Shown here piece after piece: positions 44,963 through 54,545 of a DNA stretch of 64,000 bases. Positions within the stretch are counted from its first letter, which is position 1; each line of letters starts with the position of its first letter. The notes under the pieces were generated by a model. The model worked only from the letters and a program-made list of their open reading frames with translations, was not told where the DNA came from and did not search any database. The position numbers and the translations under genes were made by a program. The DNA lies in NCBI GenBank assembly GCA_041650895.1, contig JBAZKF010000001.1, positions 829,181 to 893,180 on the forward strand, in the 5' to 3' direction. The DNA is from Patescibacteria group bacterium. GTDB taxonomy: Bacteria > Patescibacteriota > Patescibacteriia > 2-01-FULL-39-33.

Positions 44963-47900
44963 ATGTCCAAACGCTGGCTAAATTTATTTTTGTCTTATTC
45001 CGGCTATGTTTTCGGTTTGCGTCAAAAAGTCGTTAAGACCGGCCAGTGGTACAAGGTTTTGCCTTTAGCTGTAGAACTATTGGCGATAGAAGTGGTGTTT
45101 GCCGTTGTTTCTTTGCCCATGTATTTGTTGGTTCCGCCGGATCGGTTGCAAGAGCAAGGGATGATTTTTCCCAGCCGGCAGAAAGTCGCTAAGCCCCTGC
45201 GAGTTTATACTGTCAGGAGGAGAATCAGTTTGGCTACCGCATCCGGTGCGGGAGGCCTTTTTGTTTTGAAAATTTTAGTTGTCGGCGTCCTATCTTTTAT
45301 TTTTCTTGGTGCTATTCAAATTTTGGCTGATACGCAAGACTGGACATTCAGCACGCCAGGTGATTACGTCTATAACCCAGCTAAGATTGAAGTTACCGGA
45401 GGTGTGGCGCGGTTGAAAAATTTGGGTGGTCTGGTTTCCGGCAGCACTGTTAATTCCGGCTTTAACACCGATGCCAGCGGTTGGACTGCCGTTCCTGGCT
45501 GGGACAATGCTCCCGGTAAGACTAATACCGCTGCCTGGCAATCCTCCGGCGGTAACTCCGGCGGCTATGTCGATATTTATTTGGATGGAAAAAAGAATAA
45601 TGATTCCGCCGGTTACTGGTACCAGAGTTTTACTACCACAGTCAACTCTCCGGATACGGCCGTTTTGAGTCTGGATTGGAAGGCGGTTTCAGTCACTGGC
45701 GCGCCCGTTTCATACGTGCTTTATGCTTTTATCGGTACTGACAGCGGCAACCCGACAATCGGCGGGGCTAATCAAGTTTGGTCCAGTGGCAATATATCCG
45801 GCGCAACTTCTTTCGCCACTACAACCCCCATTGATATAAAATCCAAAGTAACGGCGGCTGGTACTTATTACTTGAAGATAGCCGCTTATGTAAATTGCCA
45901 GGCTTCCGTTGACTGCAAGGCTACCGCCGGTTTTGATAATGTAATTGTTAATTGGTCAAAAACTACAGTCAGTTATGCTTCCGACAAGCCGACTACGACC
46001 CCGGTGAGCTCTTTAACTATGACTAAGGCCATCAGCTGGAATTCTTTCGCAGAAACGGCGACTAAAAACGGCGGTGAGATTTATTATCAATTGTCGGCCG
46101 ATAATGGCTCCAATTGGCAATACTGGAATGGTTCAGCTTGGGCGACTACTACCTTAGCGACCAATTATAATACGGCGACTGACGTCAACTCTAATATTTC
46201 CAAATTCACTACTTCTACCAATCAGATAAAATGGCGCGCTTATTTGTCCAGCGACGGTACTCAGCAGGTGATTCTGGACAATATTACTATTACTTATACC
46301 CAGAATCAGCGGCCCCAGGTGCAATCTCTGGCGCCGGCGCAGAATACGGCCTACGGCTATGTCCATGTCAATTATAACTTGCAAGATGCAGAAGGTGACC
46401 TGTCCAGTTTGACGGCTTATGAATATTCCTTGTCCGGCACTTTTGCCGATGCCGTAACTATGACCGCCTCCACCACTGATCCGGCTCATAGCGGAGTTTC
46501 CGGACTGTCGGCGTCTTCCGGCGGTACGCCCCATGTTTTTGTCTGGGATGCTCGGTCGCAGTTGGGTAATATCGCGACTACCACCTATGTCCGTTTGCGG
46601 CCTAATGACGGCATTGGCAATGGCATTTATACCACTTCCTCGGTCTTTACTGTGGACTATGTTTCTTCCACTGTTTCCAATATTTCAGTTTCTCAACCCT
46701 TAGCTACAACGACTGTTACTATTGCTTATGATTTATTTGATAATACCGCCGATAATATTTTAGTGGAAATGCAAATATCGGGCGATGATGGCAGTACCTG
46801 GACGGTGCCGTCGACGAGCGTTAGCGGAGCTGTTGGCGCGGGGGTTGCTGCCGGCAATAGCAAAGTGATTTATTGGAATGCCGGGGCTGATTATCCCAAC
46901 CAACAAAAAAATAATCTTCAAGTGCGCATCCGAGCTAAGGATAAATGGCAGAATCAGGGTGCTTACGTTTCCTCAGCTAATTTTTCTCTTGATACTTTGC
47001 CGGCGGCGATTTTGTCTGTGGCCGATCTTAAGGCTCAGCCTAATGCCGGTGATACCGCAGTTTTAATCGGCGGATCATTTACCGAGGTTAATCCCGACAC
47101 CAATCATTTTTATGTGGCGATTAATAGCGGTAGTTACAGTTCCTCTACGGCCGGGGATAGCGATACGGCTACTCCGTCTAATCAGTCTACGGCTGTCGGT
47201 ACTACTTTAGATGGCAATGACTATATTTCTAAAGTTAAGATTATTCATACTGATGACTACTCCAATGTAGGAACCAATGAAAACTTGACTCCGGATGCTG
47301 CTTATAAGTATGTTAAACCTTATACGCCATCAGCCCCGACTCTGAGTAATCCGGTTACCACGCGTCTGGATTTGACGATTAATCCGCATGTCGGCGAGGC
47401 CAGCGATGTGCCATACGCCCTGTTTGAAACGACGACTTCCAAATACGTACAAAGCGACGGTACCTTAGGTGTTAATCCGGTTTGGCAAATCATTGGTACC
47501 GGCTCCGGCCAATGGGGCAATAATACCGGTTCAGCAGGTATGGTCAGAATAACCGGTTTGTCTTCGCCGGTGGCTAATTATATTTTTAAGGTTAAATCGC
47601 GCAATCCCAGCGATTCCGGTCATGCGGCATCTTCGGAATCGTCTTTTTCCGCTTCGGCGCAAATCACCAACACCGCTCCCGGCATTGCTTTGAGCAGTTA
47701 CGCCCAAACAACCGATGGTTCGCAGTACAGCCCTATTGCCTATACGGGTACGGATGGGCAAGGTGATATTACTTACCTGAGTGCTTACGAGTATTCGGTT
47801 GACGGTTCCACCTGGCATACCATGACGGAAAAATCAGGTGTGGGCAGCAACGGCACGACCAATCTGGTATTTTTGCCAACCGGAAGTGCTTACAGTTTTG

Positions 47901-50900
47901 TTTGGGATTCGGGTGCGGATTTGTCGAATATGGAAACAACCACGGCCAAGGTCCGCTTAAGGGGCAATGACACCTTGACTGACGGCAGTTTAAGTACCTC
48001 GGCCAACTTTGTTTTAGATAATAAGGCCCCGGTCGTCTCGGCCGTAGTTGCCAGCCAAACTGCCGGCGATAGAACCATAGCAATCACTTATGATTTAACC
48101 GATGCCAATAATTCTCTGATTCAGATAGATATTTCCAGCGACGGCGGAACGACTTGGACTGTCGCCACCTCAAGCTTAACCGGCGCTGTCGGTTCGGGGG
48201 TAACGTCGGGAACTGGCAAAAGCGTTACTTGGAACGCGGGTACGGACTATAATAATCAATACAATACTAATATCATGGTAAGGATTCGGGCTCGTGATAC
48301 CTTCGGTAATCAGGGGTCTTATAGTAGTTCTGCTATTTTTACTGTTGATACGCACGCGCCGATGTTGTCTAATCTTTCCGCCAATCAAGATAGCAACGCT
48401 AACACTTTCACTTTCCATTACGACGTGTCCGAAGACGCGGGCAATATTAATACATTATTGGCGATTTCCGCCGATGGGGGGTCAACTTGGACCGTCGCCA
48501 CATCCTCGGCGTCTGGCGATTTGGGCGTAGCTGTTGCGCCGGGCACCAGTAAAACCATTACCTGGGATGCCGGCGCTGATTACAATAATCAGGAAAAGAC
48601 TAACATGCAATTTCGTTTAGTCGCGACTGATGGTTTTAGCAATAGTAGCTCTCTGGCTTCCTCTGATTTCTCTTTAGATACTAAAGCTCCGCGTATAACC
48701 AATGTTTCAGCCACTCAACCTTTGGGTGAGACCAGTGTGACAGTTTCTTATGATTTGGCCGACCAGAACAATTCCCTGGTAATGTTAGATATTTCTAACA
48801 ATAGCGGAGCAACTTGGACGGTTGCCACCTCAACCTTAAGCGGTGAAATCGGCATCGGCAGGACTCCGGGGATAGGCAAAATAGTCACTTGGAATGCGGC
48901 GGCTGATTTCCCCAATCAAAATCTGTCTACGATGCAAGTGCGAGTCAGGGCTCTGGATGTTTTTGCCAATCAATCGGCTAATGTGCCCTCAACTGATTTT
49001 TCCCTTGATACTTTGCCGCCGGCGGTTAGTGTCATAGCCAATTTGTCAACTCAGCCTTTGGCCGGAGCAACAACGACGTTGATCAGCGGTTCTTTTACCG
49101 AGGCTAACCCTAATATTAATAATTTTTATGTGGCGATTAATGGCGGTGCTTACGGATCGGCCACTATTGGGAGCGGTAATACTGCTTCACCGGCTGATCA
49201 GGCTACGGCCGTCGGCGCTACTCTGGATGGCAATGATTATGTTTCTCAAGTTAAAGTTGTCCATACCGACGATTACGGTCAATCTGTAACCAATGAGAAT
49301 AATTCGCCTAATTCGGCTTACAAATATGTGAAGCCCTACACGCCGTCGGCGCCGACCGTCAATAACCCCAGCGTCGGCACCGTAGATGTTTTAATCAATA
49401 AAAATCCGGCGGAAATAGACGGTTTGGAATACGCTATTTATGAAAGTTCCCAGAACAAATATGTGCAAAGCGATGGAACCTTAGGTATCAGCCCCGTTTG
49501 GCAGGTGATTGGCACCGGTTTTTTTCAATGGGGATTTTACTCGGGCGTAAGCGGCAAAATTAACATTAGTGGTTTAACTCTTGATTCTTACTACTATCAA
49601 TTTCAGATTAAATCGCGTAATAGTAGCGACGCCTCTCATGCCGCCTCCAGCGATAGTACTTTGTCCAGCGGCGCTTCCTCGGTTAACCAGTCGCCGACTA
49701 TTGTCATTGATTCAGTCGCCCAAACGACTGACGGCACTAAGTATGTGGTTATCAACTATACCGGTTTTGATTTGGAAAGCGAAACCACCACCTTAGTTAC
49801 CTATCAGTATTCTACTGATAATGCTATTTGGCACACCATGACTGAAAAGTCCGGTGTGGGCTCGGACGGCAAGATTGGTTTATCTTTTATTTCTGTCGGA
49901 ACAGCGCATGATTTTATGTGGGATGTTGGTGTGGATTTTCCCAACACCGAAGATGAAACGGTTTACGTCAGGTTACAGGCTGATGACAGTACTAGTAGCG
50001 GCGGAGTAACGGCTTCTTCGGCATTTATTGTTGATACCAAAAACCCCATAACAGCTTCGGTAACCGCCAGCCAGGATGCCAATTCAAATAATGTGTCGGT
50101 GAGTTATAATTTGACTGACTTATCCGATTCTTATATTGAGTTTGATGTTTCATCCGATAGCGGATCAACCTGGACTGTCGCAACTTCTACGGCTTCCGGA
50201 GATGTCCATGATAATGTCACGCCGGGTAGCGGCAAGGCTATCAGTTGGAATCCAGGTATGGATTATTCCGGCCAGGAATCAGGCACGATGAGGGTGCGAG
50301 TGGGCGCCAGAGACAATTTTGGCAATAGCGGATCCTTGGTTTCATCTGTTAATTTTGCCGTTGATAGTAAGGCCCCGGTTTTTGCCAATATTTCCGCGGC
50401 GCAGGTCGTTAGCAGCAGTTTAGTGTCTATAAGTTATGATTTTAGCGATGCCAACAGTTCTGTTGTGGCTATGGATATTTCATCGGACGGAGGCGGTTCT
50501 TGGGATGTTGCTTCCTCAAGTGTTAGTGGTGCCATTGGCGCAGGCATAACAACCGGCAATAGCAAAATTATTATTTGGGACGCCGGAGCGGATTTCCCTA
50601 ATCAGCAGGTTAATAACATGCAGATTCGTCTGCGAGCCGTTGACGCTTACGCCAATGCGACCGGCAATGTCGGTTCCAATTTGTTTGCCATTAATACCCA
50701 AGCCCCAGTGATTAATACTGTAACCGCAGAACAAGTCGTGGGGTCCGATAATGTCGTCATAACTTATAACCTGTTTGACAGCGATAATGTAGTTATCAGT
50801 GTGGGTATTTCCAGCGATGGTGGCGCCACTTGGACCGTAGCTACCACTACCTTGACAGGCGATGTTGGTTACGGAGTCGCACCAGGACTGGGCAAAACAA

Positions 50901-53900
50901 TTAATTGGAATCCGGGAGTTGATTTCAACAGCCAACAGAATGGCAGTATGAAGGTTCGTATCCGTGGCACCAATACTTACGGTAATAGTAGCGCTTATGC
51001 CGTTTTGGTTGACACTTTTAGCGTGGACACTCTGGCCCCGACGATTTTGACGATTGCGGATTTGACTGCTCAGCCACTTGCCGGCGATACGAGCGCGACT
51101 GTTAGCGGGTCGTTTACCGAGGCCAATCCAACCTCTAATGAGTTTTTAGTCGCTTTCAGCAGTGATGTCTATTCGGCTACTACCACCGGAGAAAGCAATA
51201 CGGCGACTCCGGCTGATCAGGCGGTGCCGGCAAGCGGGGCGCTTACTGGTCATGATTACATTTCTAAAGTTAAGCTGGTAGAAACCGATAATTACGGCCA
51301 TACAAGAATAAACGAGAATACTTCTCCTACAGCGAGTTACAAATACGTCAAACCGTATACGCCGGGAGCGCCGACGGTTAATAATCCGCAGAATACTACA
51401 GTGGATGTAACAATTAATTCGGCTTTCGGCGAGGCTAGCGATGTGCCTTATGTCATTTATGAGGTTTCCACCGGACAATACGTGCAGAGCAATGGCACTT
51501 TGGGTGTTAGCGCTGTCTGGCAGACGCTCGGCACCGGCGCCGGCCAATGGGGCCAGGGGAGCGGTATTAGCGGTCAAGTTACTATTAGCGGTTTGTTCTC
51601 GCCGGTGGCTAATTATAGTTTTAAGATCAAGTCACGCAACCCGAGCGATGCGGCACATCTGACGACTTCCGAATCTGATTTTTCTACAATAACGGGAATT
51701 GCTAATACTGCTCCGGCAATTAATATTTCAAGCGCAACTCAACAAGCCAGTGGCGGTTATGTGTTAATCAATTATATCGGTACGGATGCGCAAAATGATA
51801 CTAATGATTTAACTGTTTTTGAATATTCCATTGATAACGCCAATTGGCAGGTTATGACCGAAAAATCGGGGGTGGGTTCAAACGGTACCTCCAGCTTGAT
51901 TTTCTCTTCGGTTGGCACGGCTTACATTTTTGCTTGGGATATAGCGACTGATTTGCCTAATCAGGAGAATTCCACAGTTTATGTACGCTTAAAGTCATCT
52001 GATACTTTGGCTGACAGTAACTTGGCGGTGTCCTCGGCTTTTTATGCTGATACTTTGGGGCCGGTTATTTCCAATATTGATTTAACGCAAACGCCAGGTA
52101 CGGGATTGGCCGTAATTATTTATGACTTGATCGATAATTCCGGAGCTAGCAATACTGTTAGTTTATTAATTTCCAATGATGGCGGTTTGACTTATACTGT
52201 GCCCGTTACTACGGCCAGTGGCGATGTCGGTAATGATGTTACGGCTGGCGTCGGCAGGAGTATTAGTTGGAATCCGCAAATTGACTTGGCCAATCAGGAG
52301 AATTCTGCGGTTAAAGTCAAACTTCAAGGTGCGGATCGCTATGGCAATGCCGGTTTAATTTCTATTTCTGACAATTTTACCGTTGATACCAAGGGGCCGG
52401 TGGTAAGCGGTGTTTCCGCCGGCCAATCAGCCGGTACGACGGATGTGGTCATAAATTATAACTTGGCTGATATTACGCCGGCCGGTAATCTGGTTGAATT
52501 TAATATTTCTGATGATGGTGGGGCTACTTGGACAGTATCTACAACCACTAGAAGCGGACAAATCGGTTCCGGTCAAACCATCGGGGCAAAGGCGTTTATT
52601 TGGTCGGCCGGTACGGATTTCGTTGGTCAAGATTTATCCAGTATGAGAGTTCGCGTCCGCGCTAAGGATTATTTCGGTAATCAAGGCGCTTATGTTGCCT
52701 CTGGTAATTTTGCTTTAGATACCAAAGCCCCGGTTATTTCTGGCGTCTCCGCCAGTCAAATCGCCGGCACAGATAGCGTAGCGGTTAGTTATGATTTAGG
52801 AGAAAATGCTGATGTTGCCTGGGATATCTCTAGTGATGGCGGTTTGACTTGGACGGTTATTAAAACTACAGCCGTTGGGGATTTGGGCGCGGTAACAGCA
52901 GGCAATAATAAATTAGTCACCTGGAATACCGGCGTTGATTTTATTAACCAAGAGAATTCCCATATGCGGGTCCGTTTCAGCGGCACGGATAGTTTTGGCA
53001 ATGTCAGCACTTATTATGAATCGGCTGATTTTTCAGTTGATACAGGGGCGCCCTTGGGACTTGCTTCCTTGAGTAAATTTTCGGAAACCGCCACAACCAT
53101 TACTATGAATTGGCAGACGGCAACTGATGCGAATTTTAATCACTATGAATTATGGCATGGCGCAACGGAAAGCGATGTGGTAAATCGCACGGGCACAGCC
53201 GACAAATGGAGCGTAATTGATGATGTTAATTTGTCTAACTCCTTAACCATATCGACGGTTATTACCGGTTTGAATATTACCAATAATTATTATGTTAAGA
53301 TTTGGGCCATAGATGATTATGGCAACGAAGCAACGGTTGCCCAGCTTAACGTTTTTGCCCCAGTAACTCCGCCGGTTGTTTCGCCTGTAATCCCGCCGGT
53401 AGTCGGCGGTGGCGCTATTTTGGTGCCCGATACAATTGCGCCGGTTAAACCACTTTTGAACTCGTTGGATTCACCAACTAACAGCACAAGGATTGCCATC
53501 GGCGGTTTGTCTGAGCCGGGCTCAAACATCGACTTGTTTGATAATGGCGTTTTGTTTGCCCGGCTTAATAACAGCGCCGATAGCGGCGGCAGGTTCAGTC
53601 AGATTTTTAATTTTTCGTCAGGCAATCATTCCTTAACTGTTCGGGCAACTGATAGATCAGGCAATATCAGCCAGTTGTCCGATCCAGTCAACTTGCTTAT
53701 TATCGGCGTGGCCCCGGCCGCCCCGATAATCTTAAACCCGATTAATAATTCGGCTATTGCGGAGGCAACTCCGACAATCACTGGCGTAACTGAACCGTTA
53801 GGCGAAGTGCTTATTGCTTTGGACGGTCGAAGTAGGTTTACGGTGACAGCAGATTTATCCGGCGCTTGGAATTTTAAGTTGCCTAGCGCCTCGGCTCTAG

Positions 53901-54508
53901 TGGATGGTCGCCATACTATTAGCGTTACTGTTCGCGATCAAGCCGGCAATGTCAGTAATCCAACCGTCATAAGTATTAATAAAGTTGTTGCCTTACCGGC
54001 GTCAGTCACTCCGATTATAACCGTGGCCGGCATTACGCCTATTCAGCCGGTTCCCACGGCTCAATTAGTGGAATTGAACGCCCAAGCGGTGGAATTGGCC
54101 GGCATACCGGTGCCGCAAGTCACTAATATACAAACCATAGCTGTCGGCGATACTTTAAGTTTCTCCGGCACCTCTTTGCCTAATCAAGATGTCATCGTCT
54201 ATATTCATAGCGATCAAGCCTTGATTTATCGCACTCATACTGATAGTCAGGGCAACTGGCGCATTGACCATTCGCAAGACATTACAGAGTTGTCTCCTGG
54301 CCAGCATACGATTTTTGCCGTCGCTCTGGACTCCACGGCGCAAATTAAGAGCCGACCCAGTCCGGTTAGCACCTTTACTGTTAGAAGAAATTTTTGGGTG
54401 ATGATTTATCGTTACTTAAATTGGCAGACAACGGTCATAACCTTAGTCATTTTAGTGGCTACTATTTTCTGGCTTTATCGGGCCAGAAAGAGACAGTTGA
54501 TCGGTTAA
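44963..54508 (+). CDS. Giant (3181 aa) membrane-anchored repeat protein: N-terminal 2-TM region, ~10 Asp-box (SxDxGxTW) beta-sandwich modules, FN3-like and Ig-like domains, C-terminal TM anchor
   Basis: ATG at 44963 (MSKRWLNL) 3 nt after the upstream stop. Ten SxDGGxTWTV motifs. Three ~2-kb super-repeats starting near 46990, 49000 and 51030, each containing YKYVKPYTPSAPT. C-terminal FN3 then Ig-like segments, then hydrophobic anchor + RARKRQ. Confidence 0.85.
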   Translation: MSKRWLNLFLSYSGYVFGLRQKVVKTGQWYKVLPLAVELLAIEVVFAVVSLPMYLLVPPDRLQEQGMIFPSRQKVAKPLRVYTVRRRISLATASGAGGLFVLKILVVGVLSFIFLGAIQILADTQDWTFSTPGDYVYNPAKIEVTGGVARLKNLGGLVSGSTVNSGFNTDASGWTAVPGWDNAPGKTNTAAWQSSGGNSGGYVDIYLDGKKNNDSAGYWYQSFTTTVNSPDTAVLSLDWKAVSVTGAPVSYVLYAFIGTDSGNPTIGGANQVWSSGNISGATSFATTTPIDIKSKVTAAGTYYLKIAAYVNCQASVDCKATAGFDNVIVNWSKTTVSYASDKPTTTPVSSLTMTKAISWNSFAETATKNGGEIYYQLSADNGSNWQYWNGSAWATTTLATNYNTATDVNSNISKFTTSTNQIKWRAYLSSDGTQQVILDNITITYTQNQRPQVQSLAPAQNTAYGYVHVNYNLQDAEGDLSSLTAYEYSLSGTFADAVTMTASTTDPAHSGVSGLSASSGGTPHVFVWDARSQLGNIATTTYVRLRPNDGIGNGIYTTSSVFTVDYVSSTVSNISVSQPLATTTVTIAYDLFDNTADNILVEMQISGDDGSTWTVPSTSVSGAVGAGVAAGNSKVIYWNAGADYPNQQKNNLQVRIRAKDKWQNQGAYVSSANFSLDTLPAAILSVADLKAQPNAGDTAVLIGGSFTEVNPDTNHFYVAINSGSYSSSTAGDSDTATPSNQSTAVGTTLDGNDYISKVKIIHTDDYSNVGTNENLTPDAAYKYVKPYTPSAPTLSNPVTTRLDLTINPHVGEASDVPYALFETTTSKYVQSDGTLGVNPVWQIIGTGSGQWGNNTGSAGMVRITGLSSPVANYIFKVKSRNPSDSGHAASSESSFSASAQITNTAPGIALSSYAQTTDGSQYSPIAYTGTDGQGDITYLSAYEYSVDGSTWHTMTEKSGVGSNGTTNLVFLPTGSAYSFVWDSGADLSNMETTTAKVRLRGNDTLTDGSLSTSANFVLDNKAPVVSAVVASQTAGDRTIAITYDLTDANNSLIQIDISSDGGTTWTVATSSLTGAVGSGVTSGTGKSVTWNAGTDYNNQYNTNIMVRIRARDTFGNQGSYSSSAIFTVDTHAPMLSNLSANQDSNANTFTFHYDVSEDAGNINTLLAISADGGSTWTVATSSASGDLGVAVAPGTSKTITWDAGADYNNQEKTNMQFRLVATDGFSNSSSLASSDFSLDTKAPRITNVSATQPLGETSVTVSYDLADQNNSLVMLDISNNSGATWTVATSTLSGEIGIGRTPGIGKIVTWNAAADFPNQNLSTMQVRVRALDVFANQSANVPSTDFSLDTLPPAVSVIANLSTQPLAGATTTLISGSFTEANPNINNFYVAINGGAYGSATIGSGNTASPADQATAVGATLDGNDYVSQVKVVHTDDYGQSVTNENNSPNSAYKYVKPYTPSAPTVNNPSVGTVDVLINKNPAEIDGLEYAIYESSQNKYVQSDGTLGISPVWQVIGTGFFQWGFYSGVSGKINISGLTLDSYYYQFQIKSRNSSDASHAASSDSTLSSGASSVNQSPTIVIDSVAQTTDGTKYVVINYTGFDLESETTTLVTYQYSTDNAIWHTMTEKSGVGSDGKIGLSFISVGTAHDFMWDVGVDFPNTEDETVYVRLQADDSTSSGGVTASSAFIVDTKNPITASVTASQDANSNNVSVSYNLTDLSDSYIEFDVSSDSGSTWTVATSTASGDVHDNVTPGSGKAISWNPGMDYSGQESGTMRVRVGARDNFGNSGSLVSSVNFAVDSKAPVFANISAAQVVSSSLVSISYDFSDANSSVVAMDISSDGGGSWDVASSSVSGAIGAGITTGNSKIIIWDAGADFPNQQVNNMQIRLRAVDAYANATGNVGSNLFAINTQAPVINTVTAEQVVGSDNVVITYNLFDSDNVVISVGISSDGGATWTVATTTLTGDVGYGVAPGLGKTINWNPGVDFNSQQNGSMKVRIRGTNTYGNSSAYAVLVDTFSVDTLAPTILTIADLTAQPLAGDTSATVSGSFTEANPTSNEFLVAFSSDVYSATTTGESNTATPADQAVPASGALTGHDYISKVKLVETDNYGHTRINENTSPTASYKYVKPYTPGAPTVNNPQNTTVDVTINSAFGEASDVPYVIYEVSTGQYVQSNGTLGVSAVWQTLGTGAGQWGQGSGISGQVTISGLFSPVANYSFKIKSRNPSDAAHLTTSESDFSTITGIANTAPAINISSATQQASGGYVLINYIGTDAQNDTNDLTVFEYSIDNANWQVMTEKSGVGSNGTSSLIFSSVGTAYIFAWDIATDLPNQENSTVYVRLKSSDTLADSNLAVSSAFYADTLGPVISNIDLTQTPGTGLAVIIYDLIDNSGASNTVSLLISNDGGLTYTVPVTTASGDVGNDVTAGVGRSISWNPQIDLANQENSAVKVKLQGADRYGNAGLISISDNFTVDTKGPVVSGVSAGQSAGTTDVVINYNLADITPAGNLVEFNISDDGGATWTVSTTTRSGQIGSGQTIGAKAFIWSAGTDFVGQDLSSMRVRVRAKDYFGNQGAYVASGNFALDTKAPVISGVSASQIAGTDSVAVSYDLGENADVAWDISSDGGLTWTVIKTTAVGDLGAVTAGNNKLVTWNTGVDFINQENSHMRVRFSGTDSFGNVSTYYESADFSVDTGAPLGLASLSKFSETATTITMNWQTATDANFNHYELWHGATESDVVNRTGTADKWSVIDDVNLSNSLTISTVITGLNITNNYYVKIWAIDDYGNEATVAQLNVFAPVTPPVVSPVIPPVVGGGAILVPDTIAPVKPLLNSLDSPTNSTRIAIGGLSEPGSNIDLFDNGVLFARLNNSADSGGRFSQIFNFSSGNHSLTVRATDRSGNISQLSDPVNLLIIGVAPAAPIILNPINNSAIAEATPTITGVTEPLGEVLIALDGRSRFTVTADLSGAWNFKLPSASALVDGRHTISVTVRDQAGNVSNPTVISINKVVALPASVTPIITVAGITPIQPVPTAQLVELNAQAVELAGIPVPQVTNIQTIAVGDTLSFSGTSLPNQDVIVYIHSDQALIYRTHTDSQGNWRIDHSQDITELSPGQHTIFAVALDSTAQIKSRPSPVSTFTVRRNFWVMIYRYLNWQTTVITLVILVATIFWLYRARKRQLIG

Positions 54509-54545
54509 TTATTAGATAAACTCATAAGTTGTAAAACAATATACA

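Noticed and set aside
46650-53030. CRISPR array or tandem DNA repeat call for the periodic structure in the giant gene
   Set aside because: The periodicity is at the protein-domain level (~315 bp and ~2 kb) with diverged DNA and no short direct repeats separated by unique spacers. The heptamer array at 22691 is also too short and has no spacers.
45290-54343. Numerous 60-140 aa antisense or off-frame ORFs inside the giant gene (e.g. 45290-45541 -, 46154-46534 -, 50516-50935 -, 51146-51577 -)
   Set aside because: All lie fully inside the 9.5-kb coding frame whose repeat structure and motifs are coherent. They are low-complexity translations typical of spurious ORFs in the opposite frames of a GC-richer gene.
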